64,000 nt of DNA from an uncultured Methanobrevibacter sp. (lineage in GTDB: Archaea; Methanobacteriota; Methanobacteria; Methanobacteriales; Methanobacteriaceae), in contig NZ_CACYJE010000006.1 in the NCBI RefSeq assembly GCF_902774605.1, positions 3,818-67,817 on the forward strand, given 5' to 3'. A model generated the notes under the pieces. That model searched no databases. It was not told the DNA's origin and saw only the letters and a list, made by a program, of their open reading frames with translations. How positions within the stretch are numbered: position 1 is the stretch's first letter; each line of letters begins with the position of its first letter. A program made the translations under genes and the position numbers. Positions 47,347 through 57,930 of the stretch are shown here, piece after piece.

Positions 47347-48116
47347 GACAATACATTGTTGATGCATTCACAGGAGAACTGTTTAAGGGCAATCCAGCAG
47401 CGGTCTGCATACTTGACGAGTGGATTAGCGATGAGCTGATGCAGAACATTGCTGTTGAAAACAACTTATCTGAAACCGCCTTTGCAGTTAAAGCTGATGA
47501 TTATTATCATATCCGATGGTTCACTCCTGGAGGCGAGGTTGACCTTTGCGGCCATGCAAGCCTTGCAACTGCTTATGTGATACTCAATTTCTACGAGGAC
47601 ACTCCAAAGGTTCATTTCAAGACAAAAGATGATGTTGATTTAATCATAACAAGAAATGGCGAACTGTATGAAATGGAGTTTCCCGCTTATGAACTTGAGG
47701 AGGTTGAAATCACAGGCAAAATCATTGATGCATTGGGAGTCATGCCCCGGGAGGTTTACAGGTCACGTGACTTGCTGTGCGTTCTTGAGAGTGCTGATGA
47801 TGTTGTCGGTTTCAAGCCGGATTTGGACAAGTTGGAGAAGTTGGACGGATTGCTGGTGCACATTACTGCCAAAGGCGAGAGTCATGATTGTGTTTCAAGG
47901 TCTTTCGCTCCAAGATTGAACATTGCCGAGGATCCGGTTTGCGGTTCGGGGCATTGTCATATTGCACCTTACTGGTCCGGACGGTTAAATAAGAATGAAA
48001 TCATTGCTTATCAGGCTTCCAAGCGTAGTGGAATCCTGTATTGCAGAGTAGTTGACGACAAGGTTTTTCTTGCAGGGAAAGCTGTCCTGTTCAGCACCTG
48101 CGAATTGGAACTATGA
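47343..48116 (+). CDS. PhzF-family epimerase/isomerase
   Basis: VDAFT...GNPAAV, NLSETAF, RWFTP..EVDLCGHA, EDPVCGS; ATGA-coupled start at 47343. Confidence 0.9.
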   Translation: MRQYIVDAFTGELFKGNPAAVCILDEWISDELMQNIAVENNLSETAFAVKADDYYHIRWFTPGGEVDLCGHASLATAYVILNFYEDTPKVHFKTKDDVDLIITRNGELYEMEFPAYELEEVEITGKIIDALGVMPREVYRSRDLLCVLESADDVVGFKPDLDKLEKLDGLLVHITAKGESHDCVSRSFAPRLNIAEDPVCGSGHCHIAPYWSGRLNKNEIIAYQASKRSGILYCRVVDDKVFLAGKAVLFSTCELEL

Positions 48117-48308
48117 AAATTTTGAAAATATCGGACGATTTGAAACCATCATTTACTTAAAATAATGATTAATTATTTTTATGATTATTGTAAAAAACAG
48201 TTAAAATATCAATCATTTTTATTATTAAATAAAAGAAATGATTGAAAAAAGAATATTTTATTTGTGAAATATAGATGAACCGATAATGTTCTGGAAAAAA
48301 TGGTGAAG

Positions 48309-48425
48309 TTAATCTTTAACCTCTTCAAACTGTTCAGGGCCAACGCCACATAACGGGCAAACATAGTCCTCAGGCAATTCATCGCCTTCAAAAATGTAAT
48401 CGCATACAATACAACGCCACGCCAT
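48309..48425 (-). CDS. Small rubredoxin (38 aa), missed by the ORF track
   Basis: MAWRCIVCDYIFEGDELPEDYVCPLCGVGPEQFEEVKD; CxxC...CPxCG; AAGGTGA SD. Confidence 0.9.
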   Translation of the reverse strand: MAWRCIVCDYIFEGDELPEDYVCPLCGVGPEQFEEVKD

Positions 48426-48500
48426 AAAAAAATCACCTTTAAAAAGTAGAAAGTTATTATCGAGTGTGTTTTCACCCGACAATACTCCTTTTAAATGAAT

Positions 48501-48830
48501 TTAATCAGATTTGATCATGGTTAAAATCATTTTATATGGACTGTTCACTGCCTGAAGCGCGTGCGGTTCGTTTGCAGGCATGATGATTATTTCACCTGCC
48601 TTGACAGTGTGCTTAACACCTGAAATTGTTATTTCAGCTTCACCATCGATTATTTGAACCATCGCATCAAAAGGAGCTGAGTGTTCGGACAATCCCTGTC
48701 CTTGATCGAAGGCAAAGAATGTTACTGTACCGAGTTCCTTTTTGATTACTTCACGGCTGACTACAGTGTCGTCCTGATATTCAACTAAAGTTTGGATTTC
48801 TAAAGCTTTTGCTTTAATATCTTCACTCAT
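48501..48830 (-). CDS. Cupin-domain protein
   Basis: FAFDQGQGLSEHSAPFDA, G.II.MPA..PHAL.A. Confidence 0.85.
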   Translation of the reverse strand: MSEDIKAKALEIQTLVEYQDDTVVSREVIKKELGTVTFFAFDQGQGLSEHSAPFDAMVQIIDGEAEITISGVKHTVKAGEIIIMPANEPHALQAVNSPYKMILTMIKSD

Positions 48831-48834
48831 ACGC

Positions 48835-50142
48835 CTATTCTCCCATAATTGTTTTAATGTCAGCTATTGCATCTCCAGTGGTTGGAGTGAGGTTGTAGTT
48901 TTCGACTAAAACACTTATGATGTCATCGTTACACCATGCAGGGAGCACCGGTCCGAGCCACATGTCGGTTTTTCCGAGGTATAATAATGCCCAGAGCACT
49001 GCTGCTGCTTTCTGTTCCATCCAGGAGAGGACGATTGTCAATGGCAATTCGTTCAATTCCATGTCAAATAAGTCGCATAATGCCAGTGCAACATCCACAG
49101 CTACAATAGTGTCGTTACATTGACCTACGTCCAGTAGTCTTGGGATTCCTTCAATGTCTCCAAGGTCAAGGTCGTTGAATTTGTATTTTCCGCATGCGAG
49201 TGTCAGGATGACTGTGTCTTTAGGCAGGTTTTGCACGAATTCCCTGTAGTAGTCGTTGTGTTTTGCTGCCTTGTCACATCCTCCGACTACGAAGAATCTG
49301 GAGATTTTGCCGTCGAGGACAAGTTCCTTGATTTTGTCGGCGTGTTCGACGATTGCTCCTGCACTCCAACCTGTTGTGATAGTGGTCAGTTCTTCAGGTT
49401 CGAGGGATCCGAGGGATTTTGCGCATTCGATTACTTCGGAGAAGTCGTAGTCTTCCACGGTTTTTACGCCTTCGAGTTTTGCTACATCCATTGTGAACAT
49501 TCTTTCCTTGTATGCGTCCAGTGCTGGGAGTACGCAGTTACTGGTTCCAACGATTGCTGCATTGTATTTTTTGAATACGGTTCTTTGGTCGTGCCATGCT
49601 CCTCCTAATTGTCCTGCAAGGTTTTCGTACTTGTTGAGTCCAGGGTATCCGTGTGCTGGCAACATTTCTGAGTGGGTGTAGACTTTGATGTCTGTTCCTT
49701 CAACCTGTTTTAATAATTCTTCCAATGCCTTTAGGTCGTGACCGGTTACGATGATTGCTGGTCCTTCCTGTGCTCCGACTTTAACTTCCACAGGTTGTGG
49801 TTCGCCGTATGCTTCTATGTGTGCGTCCTTGAGCAATCTCATCACGTCAACGCTCACTTTACCTGCTTCGAGTGCGAGTGCCACGAGGTCGTTAACGTCA
49901 AAGTTGACGTTGGTCAGTGTAGTGTATAATCCTTTGGTTAAAAATGCATCGATTTCAGGGTTGAATTTTCCTAAAGCGTTTGCATTGTAGTTGTATGCAC
50001 TTATTCCTTTCATAGTGAAGATTAAGTTATCCTGTAATCTTGCTACGGTTGGTTTCTTACCACAAACTCCACTTACGGTACATCCGGTACCTTTAGCGGT
50101 TTGGGAACATTGATAACAAAACATATCTAATCCGTCTGCCAT
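48835..50142 (-). CDS. hcp: Hybrid cluster protein (hydroxylamine/NO reductase), short form
   Basis: MFCYQCSQT....C.....[46 protein letters not shown]. Confidence 0.93.
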   Translation of the reverse strand: MADGLDMFCYQCSQTAKGTGCTVSGVCGKKPTVARLQDNLIFTMKGISAYNYNANALGKFNPEIDAFLTKGLYTTLTNVNFDVNDLVALALEAGKVSVDVMRLLKDAHIEAYGEPQPVEVKVGAQEGPAIIVTGHDLKALEELLKQVEGTDIKVYTHSEMLPAHGYPGLNKYENLAGQLGGAWHDQRTVFKKYNAAIVGTSNCVLPALDAYKERMFTMDVAKLEGVKTVEDYDFSEVIECAKSLGSLEPEELTTITTGWSAGAIVEHADKIKELVLDGKISRFFVVGGCDKAAKHNDYYREFVQNLPKDTVILTLACGKYKFNDLDLGDIEGIPRLLDVGQCNDTIVAVDVALALCDLFDMELNELPLTIVLSWMEQKAAAVLWALLYLGKTDMWLGPVLPAWCNDDIISVLVENYNLTPTTGDAIADIKTIMGE

Positions 50143-50261
50143 AATAATAACCTCTTTAAATAGTTATAATTATAGGTTGATTTGAAGCATATATAAATAT
50201 TTTGTCACTTTGCAAGGGTGAAAAGTAACAAATATATATTGGGAATTACAGAACAAATAGC

Positions 50262-51044
50262 ATGGATGAAAACATATCAGTACTAAAAGGAATCGGGCTC
50301 ACAATGTATGAAGCCCAGGCATACGTCACCCTGACTTCACTAATCTCATCAACAGCAAGCGAAATAGCCGAAGAATCCGGAATCCCAAGAAGCAAAATAT
50401 ATGACGTTTTAAAGGAATTGGCAAAGAAAAACTACATTGACGTGGAGGACGGAAGACCCCTGACATACAATGTCAAGTCACCCGTGGAAGTATTGGGGCG
50501 TGAAAGGGAACGAGTGAACAGTGAGATTGACGACACGATAACAAGGCTGACCTATATTTATGAAAACGGCATGAGCCAGGTGCAGGCACCTATATGGAGA
50601 ATATACGGCGTTGAAAAAATCATAGCCCAGGAACTTGAAATCATTAAAAGGGCGAAAAAGTCAATAAACATGAGAATAGGATTCCTATTCGAAAACGAGG
50701 GAGAATCCCTTGTGAAAGCCTTGAAAAACAGGACAGACCTGAAAATAAACATCCTCGCATCGCCGACATGCTACATCAACAATGAGGAATACGACATCAT
50801 CGGACTGTTTGCGGAAAATGACATAAACATCCAAAAGGCAGACATCCCATTCGTGAAGCTGATAATATCCGACTCAAAAGAGATGATGCACACCTACACC
50901 AAGTTCTCCGAGGACAAGCGAAACGTCATACCTGAAACCGCAATCGGAATCTGGAACAAGTACGAGGACATATCCAGAAACTATGATGAAAGGTTCATGA
51001 ACCAGTTGAAAAAGTTAAAAAAGAAAAAAGAGAAGAAATTATAA
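50262..51044 (+). CDS. TrmB-family transcriptional regulator
   Basis: GLT.YEA.AY..L, A.EIA..SGIPRSKIYDVL..L..K. Confidence 0.88.
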   Translation: MDENISVLKGIGLTMYEAQAYVTLTSLISSTASEIAEESGIPRSKIYDVLKELAKKNYIDVEDGRPLTYNVKSPVEVLGRERERVNSEIDDTITRLTYIYENGMSQVQAPIWRIYGVEKIIAQELEIIKRAKKSINMRIGFLFENEGESLVKALKNRTDLKINILASPTCYINNEEYDIIGLFAENDINIQKADIPFVKLIISDSKEMMHTYTKFSEDKRNVIPETAIGIWNKYEDISRNYDERFMNQLKKLKKKKEKKL

Positions 51045-52556
51045 TTTCTTAAAGTTCAGCAATGCGGACAAGCCCCAACGGAACAATACAACGCCAGCGG
51101 CTCCGCCCTTTTTAGCGTTCTTGGCATCCTTCATCAATGCCTTGTAGGACAGTTTCTTAATGTTTGAATCTGACTTGTAGGTCTGAAGCCCAGCCCAGAT
51201 TTTAGCGCCCTTGGATTTCTTGGCGAACTGCTTGGTAATCTTCTTGATCCACTTGGAGCTGGCATGATAATTGCCCTTATAAATCATCGGGACAAGAACA
51301 TCAAGATGCTTGGACATTGTTGAGATGTCCTGCGCATAGTACTTCTTCATGGAACTAGGCTCCGGCATGACCGCCGAGGAAACAATGATTCCAGGATGAA
51401 CATCCCTTACTGAATGGCTGGCCTTCTCAATGAAGTAATTCACTGCCTTAACGGCATTCTTGTACTTATGAGCATTGCCACCGAATCGGGTGTAATCGAA
51501 ATGTATCCCATCAACTTCCTTGAATCCGGCGTAATACTTGGCCTTCTTGATTATCTTGTTAATATGCTTATAGTTAATGGCTCCCTTCTTGCTGGATGCA
51601 TGAACGAACTTTCCGTTCTTGTAGAAAACGGACATCCAAATGTGAACCTGCATGCCATACTTGTGGGCTTTCTTGATCCATTTCAAGACGGTGTTCTTGC
51701 CGTACTTGTCAAATACTGTGTGAAGCAGGAATATGTGCTTGGTTCCCCTTTTGGAAAGCTTTTTAAGGTTAACCTTCTTCATGGACCATTTGTTGACCCA
51801 GTATCCGTTTCCCTTGGATAGTTTGGACTTGACGACAATGGTCTTGCTGTCGGATGACTCCAGGTATTGTCCATTAGCGTAAAAATAATACTGCAGAGTG
51901 TTTGTCCCCTTCTTAAGTGAAACGTAGAATGTTGCAACGCCCTTTGAATTGGTCTTTGCAGTATAGGTTTTTCCGGCTACCTTGATCCTGACGCTTTTGG
52001 AAGCGACGGGATTGCCGTAAATGTCAACCAGCTTCAATTGGAAAACAGCCAATATGCCTTCACAGTAATTGGTATTCTTATCGATGAGGTTCAGTGAAGT
52101 CTTCAAATCGGATTTCACGGTAAGTGTGGAGGTCCCGTTTGAAGATGTGTAGTTCTCATCACCGTCAAAGAAATATGTGACATTGTAAACTCCGGCCTTA
52201 AGCTTGAATTTAATGCTTACCTGCCCATTTAAATCAGTTGTTTTATTATACTTTTCATCATTCAAAGTGATTATGACTGACTTGTTTGCCAAATCGGTTC
52301 CGTTGGAAGTCAACTTGACTGTGAAGGTGTCCTCATAATCAACATATGACACTTTATCCTCCGCTGAAATCTCGGTTGATGACTTGTTCGCATCAGCATT
52401 GTCTTCAACATCACCGACTGACAGCAATTCCATATCACTGTCCTCATCAGCGGAAGTCAAATTATCGCAAGTTGCATTTTCACTTGCAGATATTGCACAA
52501 ATAGATAAAAATAATGTTAAAAGAATAATAAAACTGAATATTATTCTATTTCTCAT
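51039..52556 (-). CDS. Surface protein with Ig-like domains and C-terminal putative glycoside hydrolase barrel
   Basis: Signal peptide (start MRNRII); L.D..GNP, TNSKGVA modules; DGIHFDYTRF, L.PMIY, W.GLQTY. Confidence 0.7.
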   Translation of the reverse strand: MRNRIIFSFIILLTLFLSICAISASENATCDNLTSADEDSDMELLSVGDVEDNADANKSSTEISAEDKVSYVDYEDTFTVKLTSNGTDLANKSVIITLNDEKYNKTTDLNGQVSIKFKLKAGVYNVTYFFDGDENYTSSNGTSTLTVKSDLKTSLNLIDKNTNYCEGILAVFQLKLVDIYGNPVASKSVRIKVAGKTYTAKTNSKGVATFYVSLKKGTNTLQYYFYANGQYLESSDSKTIVVKSKLSKGNGYWVNKWSMKKVNLKKLSKRGTKHIFLLHTVFDKYGKNTVLKWIKKAHKYGMQVHIWMSVFYKNGKFVHASSKKGAINYKHINKIIKKAKYYAGFKEVDGIHFDYTRFGGNAHKYKNAVKAVNYFIEKASHSVRDVHPGIIVSSAVMPEPSSMKKYYAQDISTMSKHLDVLVPMIYKGNYHASSKWIKKITKQFAKKSKGAKIWAGLQTYKSDSNIKKLSYKALMKDAKNAKKGGAAGVVLFRWGLSALLNFKKL

Positions 52557-52593
52557 ATATTCACTCCATGTTAAACATAGATGTTCAATATAC

Positions 52594-53391
52594 TTAAATG
52601 TTTTGTAACATGAATTTCTCTTCAAATTCCATGAACACGTCCAAAAGGAAATCATCCAGACGCATCACGGATTCCTCCACAATATTTTGAGGAACATCCC
52701 AATATGCAGAGGCAATGCTTCCCGCAATGGCCGCTTGAGTGTCTGCATCACCGCCAAGAGAAACAGTGTTTCTGATAGTGTCTTCATAGTCATCAGCCTC
52801 TAAAAAACATATTATGGACTCAGGGACACTGCCCTGGCATGAAACATCGAAATTGTAGATTGGCCTAATCTCATCTAGAGGAACGGATAAGTTATAGCCG
52901 TATTCCCTTTCGACATGATTTTTAATCTCATCCTTGGTTCCGCCTGCCCTTGCAAGGTAGATTGCATCTGCTGTTGCCAATGCCCCCTTGATTCCTTCGG
53001 GATGATCGTGGGTGACAATGGCGGATAGCCTTGCAAGCTCATGTGCTTCCTCAAATGAGTCGGCAGCCCATACGCATGGTGAAACCCTCATCGCCGAACC
53101 GTTTCCCCAGCTGCCGTATGGCTTTGATGACTCGTCGAAAATCCATTTGATGAATCTTCCGCCGTAGCCTGCATTGGGATATTGATTGCCGAAAAACTTA
53201 AGATTATCTATCAGAACGTCTTTTGAGGTCTTATCCTCGCATAGCCATTTGGCTATTGCAAGTGTCATAACAGTGTCATCAGTGAATTGTGACCGGTTAT
53301 TGAATAAATCAAATTCTTTTGTTTTGATTGAGTGGAATTCATAGGGAGACCCTATAATATCCCCACATATTGCTCCAATTATTCCTTTCAT
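52594..53391 (-). CDS. ADP-ribosylglycohydrolase (DraG/ARH family)
   Basis: GAICGDIIGSPYEF, FTDDT, GNGSAMR, THDHPEG, GGDADT.AAIAG. Confidence 0.9.
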   Translation of the reverse strand: MKGIIGAICGDIIGSPYEFHSIKTKEFDLFNNRSQFTDDTVMTLAIAKWLCEDKTSKDVLIDNLKFFGNQYPNAGYGGRFIKWIFDESSKPYGSWGNGSAMRVSPCVWAADSFEEAHELARLSAIVTHDHPEGIKGALATADAIYLARAGGTKDEIKNHVEREYGYNLSVPLDEIRPIYNFDVSCQGSVPESIICFLEADDYEDTIRNTVSLGGDADTQAAIAGSIASAYWDVPQNIVEESVMRLDDFLLDVFMEFEEKFMLQNI

Positions 53392-53735
53392 GAATATAAA
53401 TTGTGTATAAAACATTTAAATAATTTATTGTTTGGGAGTGAAATATTGTTTTGAGAATGAAAAATTGACCTCAAATCAAAGAAAAATCATAAATAAAAAG
53501 AGTAACATAACAATATTTGATAGTGCTTAGGCATTATCCCAAACACGGAAATTTCTATTTGGCGTTTTCAAAAATTCATCCAAATACTCACTTCTTTGAA
53601 AAAAAACATGTTACTTTAAAAATAGAAATTTCAAATCTCGACTGACATAAAAAGTGTATTAATACCCGAGTTTTTGATTCCATGTTCTGCATGGAATCAC
53701 TAATTTTTTAAAAAAAAGAGAATAAATGAGAGAGT

Positions 53736-54716
53736 TTAGGAACTTCTCCCAAGTACGAAATCAGCAATGTCTGCAAGCACTTGTTTAGACTCATTGTCAG
53801 GCAATATTTCAAGCACTTCTTTAGCCTTGTCAACTGATTCCAAAGCCAAATTGCGAGCATATTCAATGGCTCCGCAATCTGTTAAAAATTGAATGGCCTC
53901 ATCCACTTCTTCGGGTGAATTGTTTTCAGCTTTTAAGATTTCAAGCAATCTTCCGGAATCATCACTGGCCAAACCCTTAATTGCAATGATAGTCATCTTG
54001 CCCTTGCCGATGTCGGAACCGATCGGCTTGCCTAATGTTTCCTCATCGGAGGCAAGGTCAAGGTAATCGTCCTGAATCTGGAATGCAAGACCTATCAATC
54101 TGCCGTATTCATACATTGCATCAATGACTTCATCATCAGCTCCACCCATGATTGCGCCTGCTTTAGTTGCGGCTGCAATAAGTGCACCTGTCTTTTTGAA
54201 AATCATTTCCATGTACTCGTCCTCGGTCACATCGAACCTTTCCTCAAAGCCCATGTCCAATGCCTGACCTTCACAGATTTTAACGCATGCATCAGCAACA
54301 GTGGCCAAAGCCTTGTTGTTCTGCTCTGAACTGGTGTCTTCGGAACGGATGATTATCTCAAAAGCCTTAGAGAATAATGTGTCCCCTGCAAGAATTGCAA
54401 CGTCATCGCCCCAAACCTTGTGGACTGAAGGCATTCCCCTTCTCATGTCATCCTGATCCATGATGTCATCGTGGATAAGTGAAAATGTATGGATCAACTC
54501 GATAGCCGCACCAGCTTTAAGAGCGGATTTGCGTTCTCCTCCAACAGCTTCAGCAGTTATCAATGTTAAACCTGGCCTTAACATTTTTCCCCCAGCTCTT
54601 GTAAGATAAACGGATGCTTCTGCAAGATTATCTGGAGTAATTGCGGATAATTCTTCTTCAATTGTTTTTGTAATGTCGGTTAAATAATTTCCGAGTACTT
54701 CTTTTACATCACTCAT
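53736..54716 (-). CDS. idsA: Geranylgeranyl diphosphate synthase
   Basis: [29 protein letters not shown]. Confidence 0.93.
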   Translation of the reverse strand: MSDVKEVLGNYLTDITKTIEEELSAITPDNLAEASVYLTRAGGKMLRPGLTLITAEAVGGERKSALKAGAAIELIHTFSLIHDDIMDQDDMRRGMPSVHKVWGDDVAILAGDTLFSKAFEIIIRSEDTSSEQNNKALATVADACVKICEGQALDMGFEERFDVTEDEYMEMIFKKTGALIAAATKAGAIMGGADDEVIDAMYEYGRLIGLAFQIQDDYLDLASDEETLGKPIGSDIGKGKMTIIAIKGLASDDSGRLLEILKAENNSPEEVDEAIQFLTDCGAIEYARNLALESVDKAKEVLEILPDNESKQVLADIADFVLGRSS

Positions 54717-54728
54717 TATATCCCTCTT

Positions 54729-56072
54729 TTAACTTTTAAAAACTTGTGCTTGAGCATTTCTTAGGATATGAATGTCATATCCGATTCTGTATCCTTCCTC
54801 TTCCGCTAGTTCAGCATAAGCCGCAAGCATTGATAAGTCCCCGTGGGCAGGTATGATATGCTGAGGCTTCAGCATTCTCAGGAATTCCCTGTGGTCTTCC
54901 CTTCCTGCGTGTCCGGAAACGTGAGCATTAGGATAGATTCTTGCACCCTTCAATTTCAATCTCCTCTCCATGATGTGCCTGTTAGCGGCATTTGTAGGGT
55001 TTGGAATGATCGGTGCTGAAATAATGATATTGTCTCCCTTCTTGATGTTGAATGGAGTTCTTCCATTGGCAATCCTTGGAAGCAATGCGTCAGGTTCACC
55101 TTGGTGGCCTGTAGTTACAAGCAGGTAGTTTGCACGGTCCTCATCGGCCTTCATCAAAGCCCTGTTCACTGCCTTTGGAGAGCCGTAGATGCTTGCGTTC
55201 TTAGGCAATTTCAAAATTCCCAATTTCTGTGCAATTCCACAGAACCTTTCCATTGAACGGCCAAGGAAGAATATTTCCCTATGGCTTTTCTTTGCAATGT
55301 CAGCTATGGCCTGCACACGCTCAACGTGAGATGAGAATGTGGTGACAATCATACCGGTCTTCTCATGCAAAGGTCCTCTCATAACATCTTCCAGGATGTT
55401 TCTTGCGATTCTTTCGGAGTGAGTCTTCACCTCACCGTAATTCTTGGCATTGGTTGTTTCAACTATCAATGCAAGCACACCTTTCCTGCCCAATTCCCTT
55501 AGTCTCTTGTAATCAGGCGGCGGTGATACCTTTTGATGATTGTCAAATTTAAAGTCCAATGCATATACTATGACTCCTTCCGGAGTGTGCAATACTGGAA
55601 ATACAGCTTGTGGAATACTGTGTGTTGACTGTACGAATTCCAGTGTTATGTCTTTTGAAAGCTTCACCTTGCTTCCAGGGTTTAAGACTTTAATCGGGTT
55701 GTTTACCTTGAACTTGCGTTCCCCTTTAATCTGCTTTTCAATCAATGCCGCAGTATAAGGAGTTCCGATCAATGGTGCATCATACCTGTGAGCCAATTTG
55801 GCAACCGCACCTATGTGGTCCAAGTGACCGTGAGAGAATACTATTCCTTTAACCTTACCATCGACATCCTTCATCAATGTGTCGTCCGGAATAACTCCCC
55901 TTTCAATCAAGTCTAAACTATGCATTCTGTCGATATCAGTGTCCTCGTGCATGCTAATCCTGTCGAGGTGAATTCCCATATCAAAAATAACAACATCTTC
56001 ACCTATGCGGATAGCAGTCATGTTTTTCCCGACTTCCTGATATCCCCCAATAGCGATAACTTCAACGCTCAT
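54729..56072 (-). CDS. rnj: Ribonuclease J (MBL/beta-CASP)
   Basis: GGYQEVGKNM, SHGHLDHIG, HSIP, HVSGHA, IIPAHG. Confidence 0.9.
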   Translation of the reverse strand: MSVEVIAIGGYQEVGKNMTAIRIGEDVVIFDMGIHLDRISMHEDTDIDRMHSLDLIERGVIPDDTLMKDVDGKVKGIVFSHGHLDHIGAVAKLAHRYDAPLIGTPYTAALIEKQIKGERKFKVNNPIKVLNPGSKVKLSKDITLEFVQSTHSIPQAVFPVLHTPEGVIVYALDFKFDNHQKVSPPPDYKRLRELGRKGVLALIVETTNAKNYGEVKTHSERIARNILEDVMRGPLHEKTGMIVTTFSSHVERVQAIADIAKKSHREIFFLGRSMERFCGIAQKLGILKLPKNASIYGSPKAVNRALMKADEDRANYLLVTTGHQGEPDALLPRIANGRTPFNIKKGDNIIISAPIIPNPTNAANRHIMERRLKLKGARIYPNAHVSGHAGREDHREFLRMLKPQHIIPAHGDLSMLAAYAELAEEEGYRIGYDIHILRNAQAQVFKS

Positions 56073-56075
56073 GTT

Positions 56076-57122
56076 TTATCTCCTTGAATAAACTTTTGTG
56101 TTAATACCTCTCTCATCTAGCCACTCCCTTGTTTTTCCGCGAATGACCAGATTAGATTGTTTCAATTCTTCAATGTTATTTGCTCCAACTAAAAACATAG
56201 CAATTCTTAGTGAGTCATTAAATCTATTAATAAATGTGTTTAATGCTTCCTGAGAAGCGCAATTTTTAAGAAATGGCAATGCCATGCCAACTGCATCAGC
56301 ACCAAGGGCAATAGCCTTGGCGGCTTCAAGACCTGTTCTTATTCCTCCGGATGAAATGACCGGAACATTGACTGCATTGGTTACTTCCACAGTGCTTATC
56401 GCTGTTGGAATTCCCCAATCCCAGAACACTTCACCGAGATACCTGTCATCTGCACGGTATGTTTCAACGGCAGCCCAACTGGTTCCTCCGGCACCTTCAA
56501 TGTCTATAAAGTCAACGCCTGCATCAACCAGTATCTTCGCTGATTCGCCAGATATTCCGCAGCCTGTTTCCTTCGCCAATATTGGAATATCAACGCTTTC
56601 AGTGATTTGATGGACCATGTCAATGTATCCTCTTGCATCCAGGTCCCCTTCAGGCTGAATTGATTCCTGAAGAGGATTCAGATGAATTGCAAGAATATCC
56701 GCATCCAATATCTCCACTGCCTTTTCTGCAAGGTTCAATTGTGGCGCTCCGATATTGCCCACCAGCAAACAGTCCGGTGCGTTTTCACGAACAACAGTGT
56801 AAGTGTCCTCCAATTCAGGATGCTCACAAGCTGCACGTTGAGAGCCAACACCTAAAGCAATGCCATTATTCTCTGCAGCAATAGCCAATTGCTTATTGAC
56901 ATCTTTGGCTGCAGGATGACCGCCAGTGATGGCGGTTATGAATAAAGGTGAGTCTAACTTCTTACCGAAGACTTCGGTTGACAAGTCGATATCGTTCTTG
57001 TCTATTTCAGGAAGGACATTATGAATCAGTTCAATGTCCTCAAAACCGGTAGTCTTGTCCTTAAACTCAACGTCATAATTTTCACAAATTAATAAATGCT
57101 CTAATTTTCTATCTGAAATCAT
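56076..57122 (-). CDS. fni: Type 2 isopentenyl-diphosphate delta-isomerase
   Basis: RKLEHL, AITGG, GSQRA, HLNPLQE..QPEGD, KETGCG, GAGGTSW. Confidence 0.95.
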   Translation of the reverse strand: MISDRKLEHLLICENYDVEFKDKTTGFEDIELIHNVLPEIDKNDIDLSTEVFGKKLDSPLFITAITGGHPAAKDVNKQLAIAAENNGIALGVGSQRAACEHPELEDTYTVVRENAPDCLLVGNIGAPQLNLAEKAVEILDADILAIHLNPLQESIQPEGDLDARGYIDMVHQITESVDIPILAKETGCGISGESAKILVDAGVDFIDIEGAGGTSWAAVETYRADDRYLGEVFWDWGIPTAISTVEVTNAVNVPVISSGGIRTGLEAAKAIALGADAVGMALPFLKNCASQEALNTFINRFNDSLRIAMFLVGANNIEELKQSNLVIRGKTREWLDERGINTKVYSRR

Positions 57123-57125
57123 ATA

Positions 57126-57926
57126 TTAATTTCCCCTTGAAATTACAGTTCCTTTAACTTCCTTGTTTTCTAGCACTTTGAAAATATTATCTTCAACTTC
57201 AGCATTTATTATTTTAGATTCAATTCCTAAATCTGCTAAATATAAAAGTTCCTTAATCTTGCCGACCATACCGCCGGTCACATCCACATTGGTAGTTCCT
57301 TCCAAAGTGTCCAAATCCTCAAGTGATGTGAACTTGTCAAAAAATAGCGCATCCTCATGTGTTTTAGGATTCTTGTTGTAAACCCCATCAACATCTGTTC
57401 CCAAAATAACCCTGTCAGGGGTCAAATTAACTGACAGGTACTGGATGATCTGATCGCCTGAAATGACGCAGAACTCCAATTCATCGTCAAGCACAACATC
57501 CCCATAAATGACCGGAATGAAACCCTTGCCTAAGTACCTCTTAAACAAATCAAGATTGCCCTTAGTTATTCTTTTGTCATTGGCGGTTATGAAGCTTGAA
57601 GCGGGAATTGCAATTGTGGGCAAACCTTGCCTGATGAATGCCTCACAGACAAACATGTTCAGCCTTTTGACCTCATTTTGTATTTCACAAAAGCCCAATC
57701 TTTTCTCAGGATATTGTGACTCATCAAAAGCCTCCCCAATCTTGTGTTTCTTAGCTGGGGGATGTCCGAATGAACCTGCACCATGAACAATGATCAGTTC
57801 CTTAGAGGAATTGTCAAAAGACCTTTTTATCTCTGATGCGATTCTTTTAAGGCTTGCGGCATCCACTTCACTTTCAATTGAATCCTTATTGGTCAAGATG
57901 CTTCCGCCAATCTTTAAAATAATCAT
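57126..57926 (-). CDS. ipk: Isopentenyl phosphate kinase
   Basis: LKIGGSILT.K, VHGAGSFGH, SGDQI, DVTGGM.GK. Confidence 0.92.
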   Translation of the reverse strand: MIILKIGGSILTNKDSIESEVDAASLKRIASEIKRSFDNSSKELIIVHGAGSFGHPPAKKHKIGEAFDESQYPEKRLGFCEIQNEVKRLNMFVCEAFIRQGLPTIAIPASSFITANDKRITKGNLDLFKRYLGKGFIPVIYGDVVLDDELEFCVISGDQIIQYLSVNLTPDRVILGTDVDGVYNKNPKTHEDALFFDKFTSLEDLDTLEGTTNVDVTGGMVGKIKELLYLADLGIESKIINAEVEDNIFKVLENKEVKGTVISRGN

Positions 57927-57930
57927 TTAA

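Noticed and set aside
48209-48475. 88-aa minus-strand ORF from the track
   Set aside because: Overlaps the true 38-aa rubredoxin in another frame; no family features.
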